Source: Sedimentisphaeraceae bacterium JB056 (GTDB lineage Bacteria; Planctomycetota; Phycisphaerae; Sedimentisphaerales; Sedimentisphaeraceae). From it: a stretch of 64,000 bases of DNA. This document shows, in pieces, positions 38,692-46,477 of the stretch. Every line of letters starts with the position of its first letter. The stretch's first letter is position 1. The stretch spans positions 32,001 to 96,000 of the forward strand of contig JBITAJ010000011.1 of assembly GCA_044440125.1 (NCBI GenBank). The letters are read 5' to 3'. The notes below the pieces were generated by a model that did no database searches, had not been told where the DNA came from, and saw nothing but the letters and a program-made list of their open reading frames with translations. A program made the translations under genes and the position numbers.

Positions 38692-40122
38692 TTATATTTT
38701 TGCCAGATAATCGAGGAGTATCTTCTTTAAGCGAGCAACTTTTTGCGGCATCTGGTCACTCAGGTCATTTTCTTCACGAATATCTTTGCTCAGATCATAA
38801 AGTTCGGTTCTTTTAAGCTCACCTTCTCTTGTCCAGAATAGCATAAGCTTATAGTCACCCTGCCTGTAAGCAGACTGGCCCTCCACTTTCGGATCGGGGG
38901 GCAAGGGTCGATGAAAGATCAATCCGTCATTGGGACGTGAGATGTCTTTATCCGATTTGCCTTTAAGTATCGGCACTAAACTGGTGCCGTCAAGTTCCTG
39001 AGGCACATCGGCCCTGCCGCCGACGATGTCGTAAAAGGTGGGGAACAGGTCATAGGTGGCAACAGGAATTTTGCATACGCCTTTTTTAATGCCCGGGCCC
39101 TTCACGGCAAAAGGCACCCTTATGCCGCCTTCGTACAGTGTCTGCTTGTACATACGCAGGGGATGATTGCGTTCTTTTCTCGTATTGTCGTTGTCCCATA
39201 TGTGCCAATCCTTGCCGCCGTTATCCGAGGCAAAGAAGATATACGTATTATCGGCAATCCCCAGATCCTCTACCGCTTGCAGCAGCCTTCCGATACTGGT
39301 ATCCATATCTTCGAGCATCGGAGCTATGCCGTCAACAACTTTTCTATCGGGCTGTGGGGTATTCTCATACTTATCCATGGTCCGCTGCGTGGCCTGACAG
39401 GCTATATGAATAGCGTAGTGGCTAAGCTGCAGATAGAAAGGGTTGCCTCGCTCACTCTGCCGCCGCATGAAGTCGATCGACTTATCCGTCAGTGAAAACA
39501 TTTGTTTGGGATCGTCGAAAGGTTCACATATATCGTTCCTGTCGAGCTTGTCGGGAATCCGGACGTCAAGGTATATGCCGCCTTCGTCATTGCAGCCCAT
39601 GCCATCCTGTTCATCGTAGCCCAGATTGGCCGGGCTTCCGGGCTGCTGGCTTTGCTTATCCTTCCATGTACCGGTAAATACCCCGCCCCATTTTCCAAAG
39701 TGTGCACATTTATAATCATGGTCTGCACTTTTTATCGCCTGAGCGATCGACCATTTACCGCTCGGATCAAATTGTCCTATGAATTCGGTACCCTTCTGCC
39801 TGGCGGGAGTCATACCGAACTGAATGCTTCTTCTGGTAGGCGTACAGATAGGGGCCGAGGCATAGGCATCAGTAAACCGCAGTGCCGATTCGAGAAAATC
39901 ATTCATATGCGGCGTATTGAAAACATCACAATATGCCTGCGGAAATCGTGAATCAAAGGAATTTGAAAAGTCAGCCCAGCCCTGATCGTCGGTAAGAATA
40001 AAAAGAATATTCGGCTTAGCGGAGCTCTTATCATTTATAGTAAACTGCTGACAACCGCCTATAAGCGTTGAAGCAATCGAAACTCCGGCCGCTTTAAAAA
40101 AAGTGCGTCTTGATAAAAACAT
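38692..40122 (-). CDS. Cys-type sulfatase (S1), Tat-exported lipoprotein; paralog of 23553..24986
   Basis: MFLSRRTFFK..IGGC; DDQGW, CTPTR. Start moved to ATG 40122. Confidence 0.93.
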   Translation of the reverse strand: MFLSRRTFFKAAGVSIASTLIGGCQQFTINDKSSAKPNILFILTDDQGWADFSNSFDSRFPQAYCDVFNTPHMNDFLESALRFTDAYASAPICTPTRRSIQFGMTPARQKGTEFIGQFDPSGKWSIAQAIKSADHDYKCAHFGKWGGVFTGTWKDKQSQQPGSPANLGYDEQDGMGCNDEGGIYLDVRIPDKLDRNDICEPFDDPKQMFSLTDKSIDFMRRQSERGNPFYLQLSHYAIHIACQATQRTMDKYENTPQPDRKVVDGIAPMLEDMDTSIGRLLQAVEDLGIADNTYIFFASDNGGKDWHIWDNDNTRKERNHPLRMYKQTLYEGGIRVPFAVKGPGIKKGVCKIPVATYDLFPTFYDIVGGRADVPQELDGTSLVPILKGKSDKDISRPNDGLIFHRPLPPDPKVEGQSAYRQGDYKLMLFWTREGELKRTELYDLSKDIREENDLSDQMPQKVARLKKILLDYLAKI

Positions 40123-40165
40123 ATTATATCCCAAAGCTGTTATAGCTATTGTATATTGACATACT

Positions 40166-40183
40166 GCTGCCAAGCTTGGCAGC
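40166..40183. repeat. Perfect 18-bp palindrome between the prepilin and sulfatase genes
   Basis: GCTGCCAAG|CTTGGCAGC. Confidence 0.7.
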
Positions 40184-40200
40184 GATAATTTAAAACGTTG

Positions 40201-41103
40201 TTACCAGTTCAGGGTCGGGTGAAATTTCAATCCATCTATTGGATCGGGATAATCTGTAAATCCAGGGCCTGGGTTGAGGTTATAAGACTCTGTAAACTGC
40301 GTATCCAGACTCTCTGCATGGCCGTCAGCAAAAGCAAAATCACTTTTGCCGTACGAACGCGGGTGCCCCCAGTCGTTCCAGGTATTGTCTGCACGATTTA
40401 TTGATCCTTCAAATTTCACAAAATGGGCAGGCTGAATATCGAACCAGCCCCTCGCCTGTCCGCCGTAAACAGTATTAAATTTGCTGACAAATTGAGACTC
40501 GGTGAACAAAATCGTTCTTGAAGCATCGTTCACACTTCCGACGCTTACAGAGTTTTTGTATGACTCAGGTACATTGATCGCATTATTCGCGTTGGGCCTG
40601 ACTACCCGACCGCCGATATAAGCATTGTATTTATAACTTCTGGGATAATGATTTTCATCAATATTATTCGTTCCCGTCTTTTTACTCAATTGCATCGAGG
40701 ATGGGCAGATGAAAAAATCAATTGTTCCCGCATGTTTCGACCAGTCTTCTTTTAGTCCGGTATAGCGGGGGTCATCTCCCCAATCCGCATAAAGGTCAAC
40801 ACCTTCCGCACCAAGATAGCTGATAAGCCTGGCATCCCAGAAGGGTGAATACGGATAAGCACTCCATAAGTTGCCACTCTCGTCCCTGCTTCCAGAAAGA
40901 GGGTATCTGCCGTTATAGTCGTTTGCATACGTCATAGCTGCCTGACCGAGCGAACGGACATTCGACATACAGGAAACCTGTTTGGCCTGTTCTCTTACAC
41001 GGCTTAAGGCAGGCATCATGATAGACATCAAAACCGCTATAATCGATATAACAACTAAAAGTTCAATGAGGGTAAAACCCTTTTTAACATCTTTTCTTGC
41101 CAT
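40201..41103 (-). CDS. Prepilin-type N-terminal cleavage/methylation protein with C-terminal H-Xn-DG motif
   Basis: MARKDVKKG|FTLIELLVVISII..MPALSRVREQAK..CMSN; C-terminal SDFAFADGHAE. Start moved to 41103 (AAGGA SD). Confidence 0.92.
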   Translation of the reverse strand: MARKDVKKGFTLIELLVVISIIAVLMSIMMPALSRVREQAKQVSCMSNVRSLGQAAMTYANDYNGRYPLSGSRDESGNLWSAYPYSPFWDARLISYLGAEGVDLYADWGDDPRYTGLKEDWSKHAGTIDFFICPSSMQLSKKTGTNNIDENHYPRSYKYNAYIGGRVVRPNANNAINVPESYKNSVSVGSVNDASRTILFTESQFVSKFNTVYGGQARGWFDIQPAHFVKFEGSINRADNTWNDWGHPRSYGKSDFAFADGHAESLDTQFTESYNLNPGPGFTDYPDPIDGLKFHPTLNW

Positions 41104-41119
41104 TCTGCATTCCTTTAAA

Positions 41120-41155
41120 ATTTGGGGAGCAGTTTTCAGGGCTGCTCCCCCAAAT
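41120..41155 (-). terminator. Intergenic GC-rich hairpin (terminator/attenuator or mRNA-stabilizing stem)
   Basis: GGGGAGCAG / CTGCTCCCC stem flanked by ATTT/AAAT, between 41191..44007 and the prepilin gene. Confidence 0.6.
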
Positions 41156-41157
41156 AG

Positions 41158-41185
41158 CTTATTACTAATCACTGATTGCTTATCG
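41158..41185. repeat. Heptamer tandem repeat (same family as 3381-3436)
   Basis: CTTATTA CTAATCA CTGATTG CTTATCG. Confidence 0.6.
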
Positions 41186-41190
41186 CTAAA

Positions 41191-44007
41191 TTAATAAGGT
41201 CCCATTGCTTCTGTGAGCCATTCATCAGCTATTTCAGAATAGTCATATATATTTACATCATCATCTTCATTCGCGTCACCGGGAACGGGTCCGGTAATCG
41301 TAATATTGTCAATATAAAGTTCGTGTATGCCGCCTGAAATATCCGGTGTAATAGAACCGAGATTGGTTCTAACAACCATATAAGGTGTTGTCGCCGTTCT
41401 GACATTAGTTCCGCCGTTAACCTCATCGAGCAGGCAGTGCTCATGATACATAGCATTTGTAATCGGCTCAGGTCCGAATATGGCGTTAGTATCATCCATA
41501 CCGTCATGCTTGGACACTATATGGCCCTGCGCAAGCTGTGTGGCCAAGTCGCTGATATCAGGATCGGATGTGTTTACGCTGTAAAGCAGCATCTCGGCCC
41601 ATCCGTTATCATCAACGTTTCCGCTCCAGTCGGCGGTTATAGTATAGTCACGGCCGGGTACAACCTCGAATACCTGATATACTCCGAAGTAACCTGTCGG
41701 GATGCCTTTTTCCTTAATCTGTACGAGCTGACCGTCTTCAACCTGTGCATAATGCTGGCCGGTCGGACCGTCATCGGTACCCCAGCTAACATAGTTCCAA
41801 CCTACAGGAAGCCCTGTGCCGGCATCAACCTGGCTGAAATCGCCGTTTTCGATAAGGCTTGCCGGTGCACTGTAGAGCCAGTTGGTCGCAAGAACATTTA
41901 TATCCTCAAAATCCACATAGCAATCGCCGTTGAGATCGCCGCTGAGCCCTGAAAGTGCAGGGTCGCAGTAAACATCGCATCCGTTAAGCAGCCCGGTTCC
42001 GAGCTCAAAATTATCGACCTCAAACGGAGCATAGCTGCCTCGCAGGTACCACATTGCGAAGAATTCCGGTTTGCTTCTCTGGAGGAACTGCATCGGAATT
42101 CCCTGCATATTCGGTATCGGTGTCCAGCATGTCTCATTAAGAGTGAGGTTCTTGAAATATACAAAAGCCGTGGAGCCATTATGTATCTGAACCCTGAAGC
42201 TGTAAATATGACCGTTATATATTACAGTATCGCTGTTGGTCCATTCCATATTCGGTGTACCGGCAGGCATTGTAAGGGCGTTATGGAAATAGAGGTCCCA
42301 TTTTGAGTTATCTGTTTCGTTTCGTTTGAAACCAACATGGAATGCCGGGAAGTCGTCTCCGTTTATATCGATAGAACGAATACCAGCGTAAACATTATTC
42401 GCAGTACCATCGCCAAGCTTTCTTGGAACAATGTCAACCTCGAAATAGATATCCATCTCGTCTTCAAGGAACTCGAGTTCGTTAGGATCGGCAAAAGTCT
42501 TTGCCCACTGTCCGGCAGGCTGCGTGTAATCGCAAACAGCCGAAATAGTGTCATTGAAACCGCTGTCTATATACCATTCCTGTATATTGGCATTGTAAAG
42601 ACCAACCCAGCCTTCATCGCCGAGAGTATTACCTATAGTAGCATCCTCAAAATCCTCCTGGGCCAGAGTCACATTCTCTCCCAATACAGCGGTGCCAAAA
42701 CCTAATTCCATATGTTCCATTTTACCGTTGTAAGCGCCTCTCATATAGAAGCCTTTGAAATTAGAGGGCTTGGTAAAATCGGTTGTGTGTGAGAAGTTCA
42801 AAGAAACATCCTGCAAGCCTTCAAGCTCGGTGTATTCCTGCTCGCCGGCTGATATGTTTCGTACCATAACCCAGCCTTTGCCGCCATCGTTGATATTGGT
42901 GAAATTAACGACAAACTCATAAGCTTTATAGGTTGATATCTGATAATCATCGGTGCTTGTATAAGTTGCGCCGTTATTTGCACTGTAAAGCGTAATATCT
43001 CCACCCGGCATAACCTTCAGGAAAAAGCCCGGACGAACTTCGCCTCTGAAACCGAAGAACATAGCCTGATTTCCAAAATGAGCTACAAATTTAGCGTACA
43101 GGTCCGAAGCACTGTCAGATATAATATTATCGAAATTTTTCATAGCCTGTGCTACGCCGTTTCTGTAAAGTGCGCTTGTACCGTAACCTGTCCAGCTGGA
43201 TTCGTTGAATTTAATATTGTTCTCACTCGTACCATATAGCATATACCAGTCATCAGTTACAAGGTTATCTCCAACAATGCCGCCTTCAAAATCTTCAATA
43301 GCAACAACTGGAGTAGGCTCAGGAGCCATCCCAGTACCATACTCAAAATAATCCCACCAGCCGTTGTACTGGCCACGAACCCACAATGAAGTTAAAGTAG
43401 AAGGTTTAGAATAGCCGGCTGTATCCGTAAAATTCATAGACACATCCTGCAATTCAGTCGGAGCTGTATATTCAGTCTCTCCTGCAGAAATATTTCGAAT
43501 CTTAAGTGAGCCGGAATTACCATGGTTGATATTTTTCATCTGTACAACTATCTCATAAGTTGTATTATTTGTAATCGGATATGATACCGTAACAGCAGAT
43601 GCAAAATTGGCAGGCGTCAAAGTAACACCTCCGTTAACAGGATCAAGGGTTACCAGAAGTCCGGGACGAGCTGTACTCAAACCGCCGCGAATCAACTGAT
43701 TGCCGGTAGTCATAATAATTTTAACGTAAACATCCTCATCAGAGTCAGTTACAGTATTCGTAAAATCCATTTTGGCCTGTATGTCTGCAGCGGTAGGCCT
43801 TGCACTTATATCATAACCACTAATCCATGCATCTGTGAATTGCAGTGAGGTAATTTCGGATGCACCGGCAGTTTTATACCATCCTTGAGTAGACAGGTCT
43901 TGCCCAACTGTACCCCCTTGAAAATCTTCGCTCACAACCATATCACATTTGCTGCTTGCCGCAAAAACGCATAACATCAAACAAAAGACAATAGCCAATT
44001 TCTTCAT
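41191..44007 (-). CDS. Secreted multidomain protein: three ~210-aa 'EDF' repeats + split dockerin-like pair enclosing a CBM4/9-like domain
   Basis: Signal peptide; repeats start SEDFQGG / IEDFEGG / QEDFEDA and end EYGTG / ELGFG / ELGTG; GDLNGDCYVDFEDINVLATNWL, LIENGDFS..PVGW, GDANEDDDVNIYDYSEIADEWL. Confidence 0.78.
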   Translation of the reverse strand: MKKLAIVFCLMLCVFAASSKCDMVVSEDFQGGTVGQDLSTQGWYKTAGASEITSLQFTDAWISGYDISARPTAADIQAKMDFTNTVTDSDEDVYVKIIMTTGNQLIRGGLSTARPGLLVTLDPVNGGVTLTPANFASAVTVSYPITNNTTYEIVVQMKNINHGNSGSLKIRNISAGETEYTAPTELQDVSMNFTDTAGYSKPSTLTSLWVRGQYNGWWDYFEYGTGMAPEPTPVVAIEDFEGGIVGDNLVTDDWYMLYGTSENNIKFNESSWTGYGTSALYRNGVAQAMKNFDNIISDSASDLYAKFVAHFGNQAMFFGFRGEVRPGFFLKVMPGGDITLYSANNGATYTSTDDYQISTYKAYEFVVNFTNINDGGKGWVMVRNISAGEQEYTELEGLQDVSLNFSHTTDFTKPSNFKGFYMRGAYNGKMEHMELGFGTAVLGENVTLAQEDFEDATIGNTLGDEGWVGLYNANIQEWYIDSGFNDTISAVCDYTQPAGQWAKTFADPNELEFLEDEMDIYFEVDIVPRKLGDGTANNVYAGIRSIDINGDDFPAFHVGFKRNETDNSKWDLYFHNALTMPAGTPNMEWTNSDTVIYNGHIYSFRVQIHNGSTAFVYFKNLTLNETCWTPIPNMQGIPMQFLQRSKPEFFAMWYLRGSYAPFEVDNFELGTGLLNGCDVYCDPALSGLSGDLNGDCYVDFEDINVLATNWLYSAPASLIENGDFSQVDAGTGLPVGWNYVSWGTDDGPTGQHYAQVEDGQLVQIKEKGIPTGYFGVYQVFEVVPGRDYTITADWSGNVDDNGWAEMLLYSVNTSDPDISDLATQLAQGHIVSKHDGMDDTNAIFGPEPITNAMYHEHCLLDEVNGGTNVRTATTPYMVVRTNLGSITPDISGGIHELYIDNITITGPVPGDANEDDDVNIYDYSEIADEWLTEAMGPY

Positions 44008-44147
44008 TTTAAAGTCTCCATAAATAATAATAAAAACACCATCTAAATTCTAAATAATTAAAGATATCATTTCAGAATCAGCACTTATTCTTATTGCCTG
44101 CAAAGCAATTTAACAATAAACTCTATATGAACTTACAGCTTAATTTG

Positions 44148-45335
44148 TCAAGCCAACACTTTACCAGACCTATTTCTTGCAAATTCTCCATCTGCCACTG
44201 TAGAAGTATTAAGATTTTTGACAGAATCTCCCTTAATCAACTTTGTTTCAAACTGCAAACTCATAGCAATAGCATCAGGATTGGCGAGCCTTCTCTCAAT
44301 AAGTTCGGGAACAACCGCACCAATCTCTTCCATGGGAAGCTCAACTGTCGACAAAGAAGGTTGTGAATTTATAGCCTTCTCAAATCCGCAAAAACCAACA
44401 AGACTCATATCATCCGGCACACTCATTCCCATTTCCTGAAGAGCGTTCAAGAACTGAAGCGATATGTTATCATGAGCTGAAACTATAGCTGTTGGACGGG
44501 GATTCATCTTAAGTATCTGCTCAAGCCCTTCCTTAGCAGCATCCGCTAAAGTAACACTTCTGTAATCTCGTTTCAAAAGCATTATTTCATTGGAATAACA
44601 ATTTCCTGCGAGAAATCGTATATTGGCCCATGCAGAATGACGAACAGAAGTGATTGATGGTGGCCATGCATCTATGGACCTATCCTGCTCAAAATGATTA
44701 TTGAAAAAAGAATAAGGACCGTTTTCATGCAAAACATCAAACCATACAATACTTTTGTGTCCATTATCGGAAAGATAAGTGAATATATTCGCCGCAGAGC
44801 GATGCTCGTTGGTATAGACCACATCCACACCGTTTTGGGTATCAAATGAACTCGCATACACTACTGGAGCTATTTTTTTGAGCCTGTTAATCCAGGCAGT
44901 TGGAACTGACTGACGCAGTACAATACCGTCTGCATCCCATCTGGGCCATGAACTTTCGAATTCATCAATATCTTCCACCAGAACCTTCTGGAGCCATCCT
45001 CCCGATTGTTCTAAACTTGAAGTTAACGCACCGCTAAACCTTTGACTCAAGGACTTATGCCCTTTTGTAAAGTCGTCACCCTCATGCATTAACGTATATT
45101 GACCACCATGACCAAAGAAAGGCATAACAACTCTCAGACACCTATTGCTTTTACCGTTACGGCCGCGAGAAGATATTAAAACCTGACCTTGCATATTATA
45201 ACCGAGTTCATCGGCTATATTGCGCACTTTTGCCCTTGTGTCTTCACTCACTCTTCCAGCTCCACGCAAAACACGTGAGACTGTCATCTGACTTACACAA
45301 GCTTTTTCGGCAATGTCTTTAATAGTAACAGACAT
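44148..45335 (-). CDS. LacI family transcriptional regulator
   Basis: VTIKDIAEKACVSQMTVSRVL HTH; PTAIVSAHD, VPDDMSLVGF, PSLSTV. Confidence 0.95.
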   Translation of the reverse strand: MSVTIKDIAEKACVSQMTVSRVLRGAGRVSEDTRAKVRNIADELGYNMQGQVLISSRGRNGKSNRCLRVVMPFFGHGGQYTLMHEGDDFTKGHKSLSQRFSGALTSSLEQSGGWLQKVLVEDIDEFESSWPRWDADGIVLRQSVPTAWINRLKKIAPVVYASSFDTQNGVDVVYTNEHRSAANIFTYLSDNGHKSIVWFDVLHENGPYSFFNNHFEQDRSIDAWPPSITSVRHSAWANIRFLAGNCYSNEIMLLKRDYRSVTLADAAKEGLEQILKMNPRPTAIVSAHDNISLQFLNALQEMGMSVPDDMSLVGFCGFEKAINSQPSLSTVELPMEEIGAVVPELIERRLANPDAIAMSLQFETKLIKGDSVKNLNTSTVADGEFARNRSGKVLA

Positions 45336-45367
45336 AAGCTCCCTTTATGATATAAACACAACAATAA

Positions 45368-45400
45368 ATGTTAATATAACATCGTAGCGTAGATAGTCAA
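45368..45400 (-). promoter_or_regulatory. Sigma70 promoter of the locus overlapped by a putative LacI-type operator
   Basis: Minus strand TTGACT-N16-TATATT with a TG extension; palindrome ATGTTA-ATA-TAACAT (45368-45382) covers the -10. Confidence 0.6.
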
Positions 45401-45664
45401 GACTTTTTTCATAAAAATTCCAAAATCTAATCGTTTGTAATTCCCGGAAGAGCTGCCGCTATCCAAAACTGCTTAATAATTGCAAACTGAGTTTTATATG
45501 GTTTATATTGTACGTCAACAAGCTTAATCATTGCATTCCACACTTATATGGACTTGATAACATTCTATGGGCTTGTTTTATGCATTACTAATATGTACAA
45601 TGCGAGCTGCTAAATAGTCAATTATATTATAATTACAGTAGGAATATTTCTTGTGAGGTTTTAC

Positions 45665-45769
45665 ATGAATACGGTTCGTCTTATCCCAGTTTGTCTTTTC
45701 ACGGCTATACTGTATCTGAGCAGCAGCCAGGCAATGATGCTAAAATCCGAATTCGCAAGAAAAGTATAA
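45665..45769 (+). CDS. Small ORF (34 aa) with a signal-peptide-like sequence; small secreted peptide or gene remnant
   Basis: MNTVRLIPVCLFTAILYLSSSQAMMLKSEFARKV*, preceded by a GAGGT SD; below the ORF-track cutoff. Confidence 0.4.
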   Translation: MNTVRLIPVCLFTAILYLSSSQAMMLKSEFARKV

Positions 45770-45905
45770 AGCACCTACCAACACTCATAACACAAATACC
45801 AGCAAAGACTTAGCACGCTCAACACCTTTAAAACTTGACTATTATTCTTGAGATTGATATAATCAGGTTTTGGATGGTATACATGTTGTTATCGGAGGTA
45901 GTGCT

Positions 45906-46415
45906 ATGTGTAATATTGGGAAAACCAGTTTTCTGGCTCTGTTCGTCTTAAGTTGCGCTTCATTAAATGCCGTAATGGTAGAGTATAATGCCACTTCAGT
46001 CAGCGGAAATAATTGGGTATATGAGTACACAGTCATAAACAATGAGAGTTTTGATATCCAGTCGCTTTCTATCACCTTTGACACTACTGAATTCACCGAT
46101 CTTGTCATCTCCAGCTCGCCGGATATTTCTGCAGCATGGGATGAACAGCTACTGAATTTCACGCCAGGCTCAGAAATATACGATGTCCTTGCGGTGGGAG
46201 AAAATAAAATAGGCGTAGGAGAAAGCCTTTCAGGATTCAGCGTATCTTTTACATATAACGGCAGTGACTCACCTGGAAATCAGTTCTTTGAGATATACGA
46301 CCCTGAAGATTACACCGAGCCTTTGGCTACCGGCTGGACAACCCCTGTACCTGAACCAAGTACGGTACTGATTTTAGCCGCCGGTTTTTTTGCTACACGT
46401 ATAAAGAAGCGTTAA
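45906..46415 (+). CDS. PEP-CTERM sorting domain protein
   Basis: Signal peptide; C-terminal VPEPSTVLILAAGFFATRIKKR; GGAGG SD before ATG 45906. Confidence 0.92.
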   Translation: MCNIGKTSFLALFVLSCASLNAVMVEYNATSVSGNNWVYEYTVINNESFDIQSLSITFDTTEFTDLVISSSPDISAAWDEQLLNFTPGSEIYDVLAVGENKIGVGESLSGFSVSFTYNGSDSPGNQFFEIYDPEDYTEPLATGWTTPVPEPSTVLILAAGFFATRIKKR

Positions 46416-46477
46416 CTTTTTAAGAAAGCTTTTCTCCTTCACTTTCGTTATTAAAATAACTTTTGTGAGGCAGAAAA

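Larger units (their letters stand above)
15482..45335 (-). other. ~30-kb sulfated-polysaccharide utilization locus / possible island next to the tmRNA 3' end
   Basis: 18 consecutive co-oriented genes with short gaps, from the LacI regulator to the dehydrogenase; content is sulfatases, propeller proteins, a transporter and a glycosidase. Visibly more GC-rich than 6-15 kb. No integrase seen. Confidence 0.8.

Noticed and set aside
41104..41172. N-terminal extension of the prepilin ORF given in the ORF track
   Set aside because: It translates an intergenic hairpin and heptamer repeats; the SD and prepilin leader favour ATG 41103.
15349..45900. Prophage/ICE integrated at tmRNA
   Set aside because: No integrase, phage, conjugation or transposase genes, and no att direct repeat found by eye.
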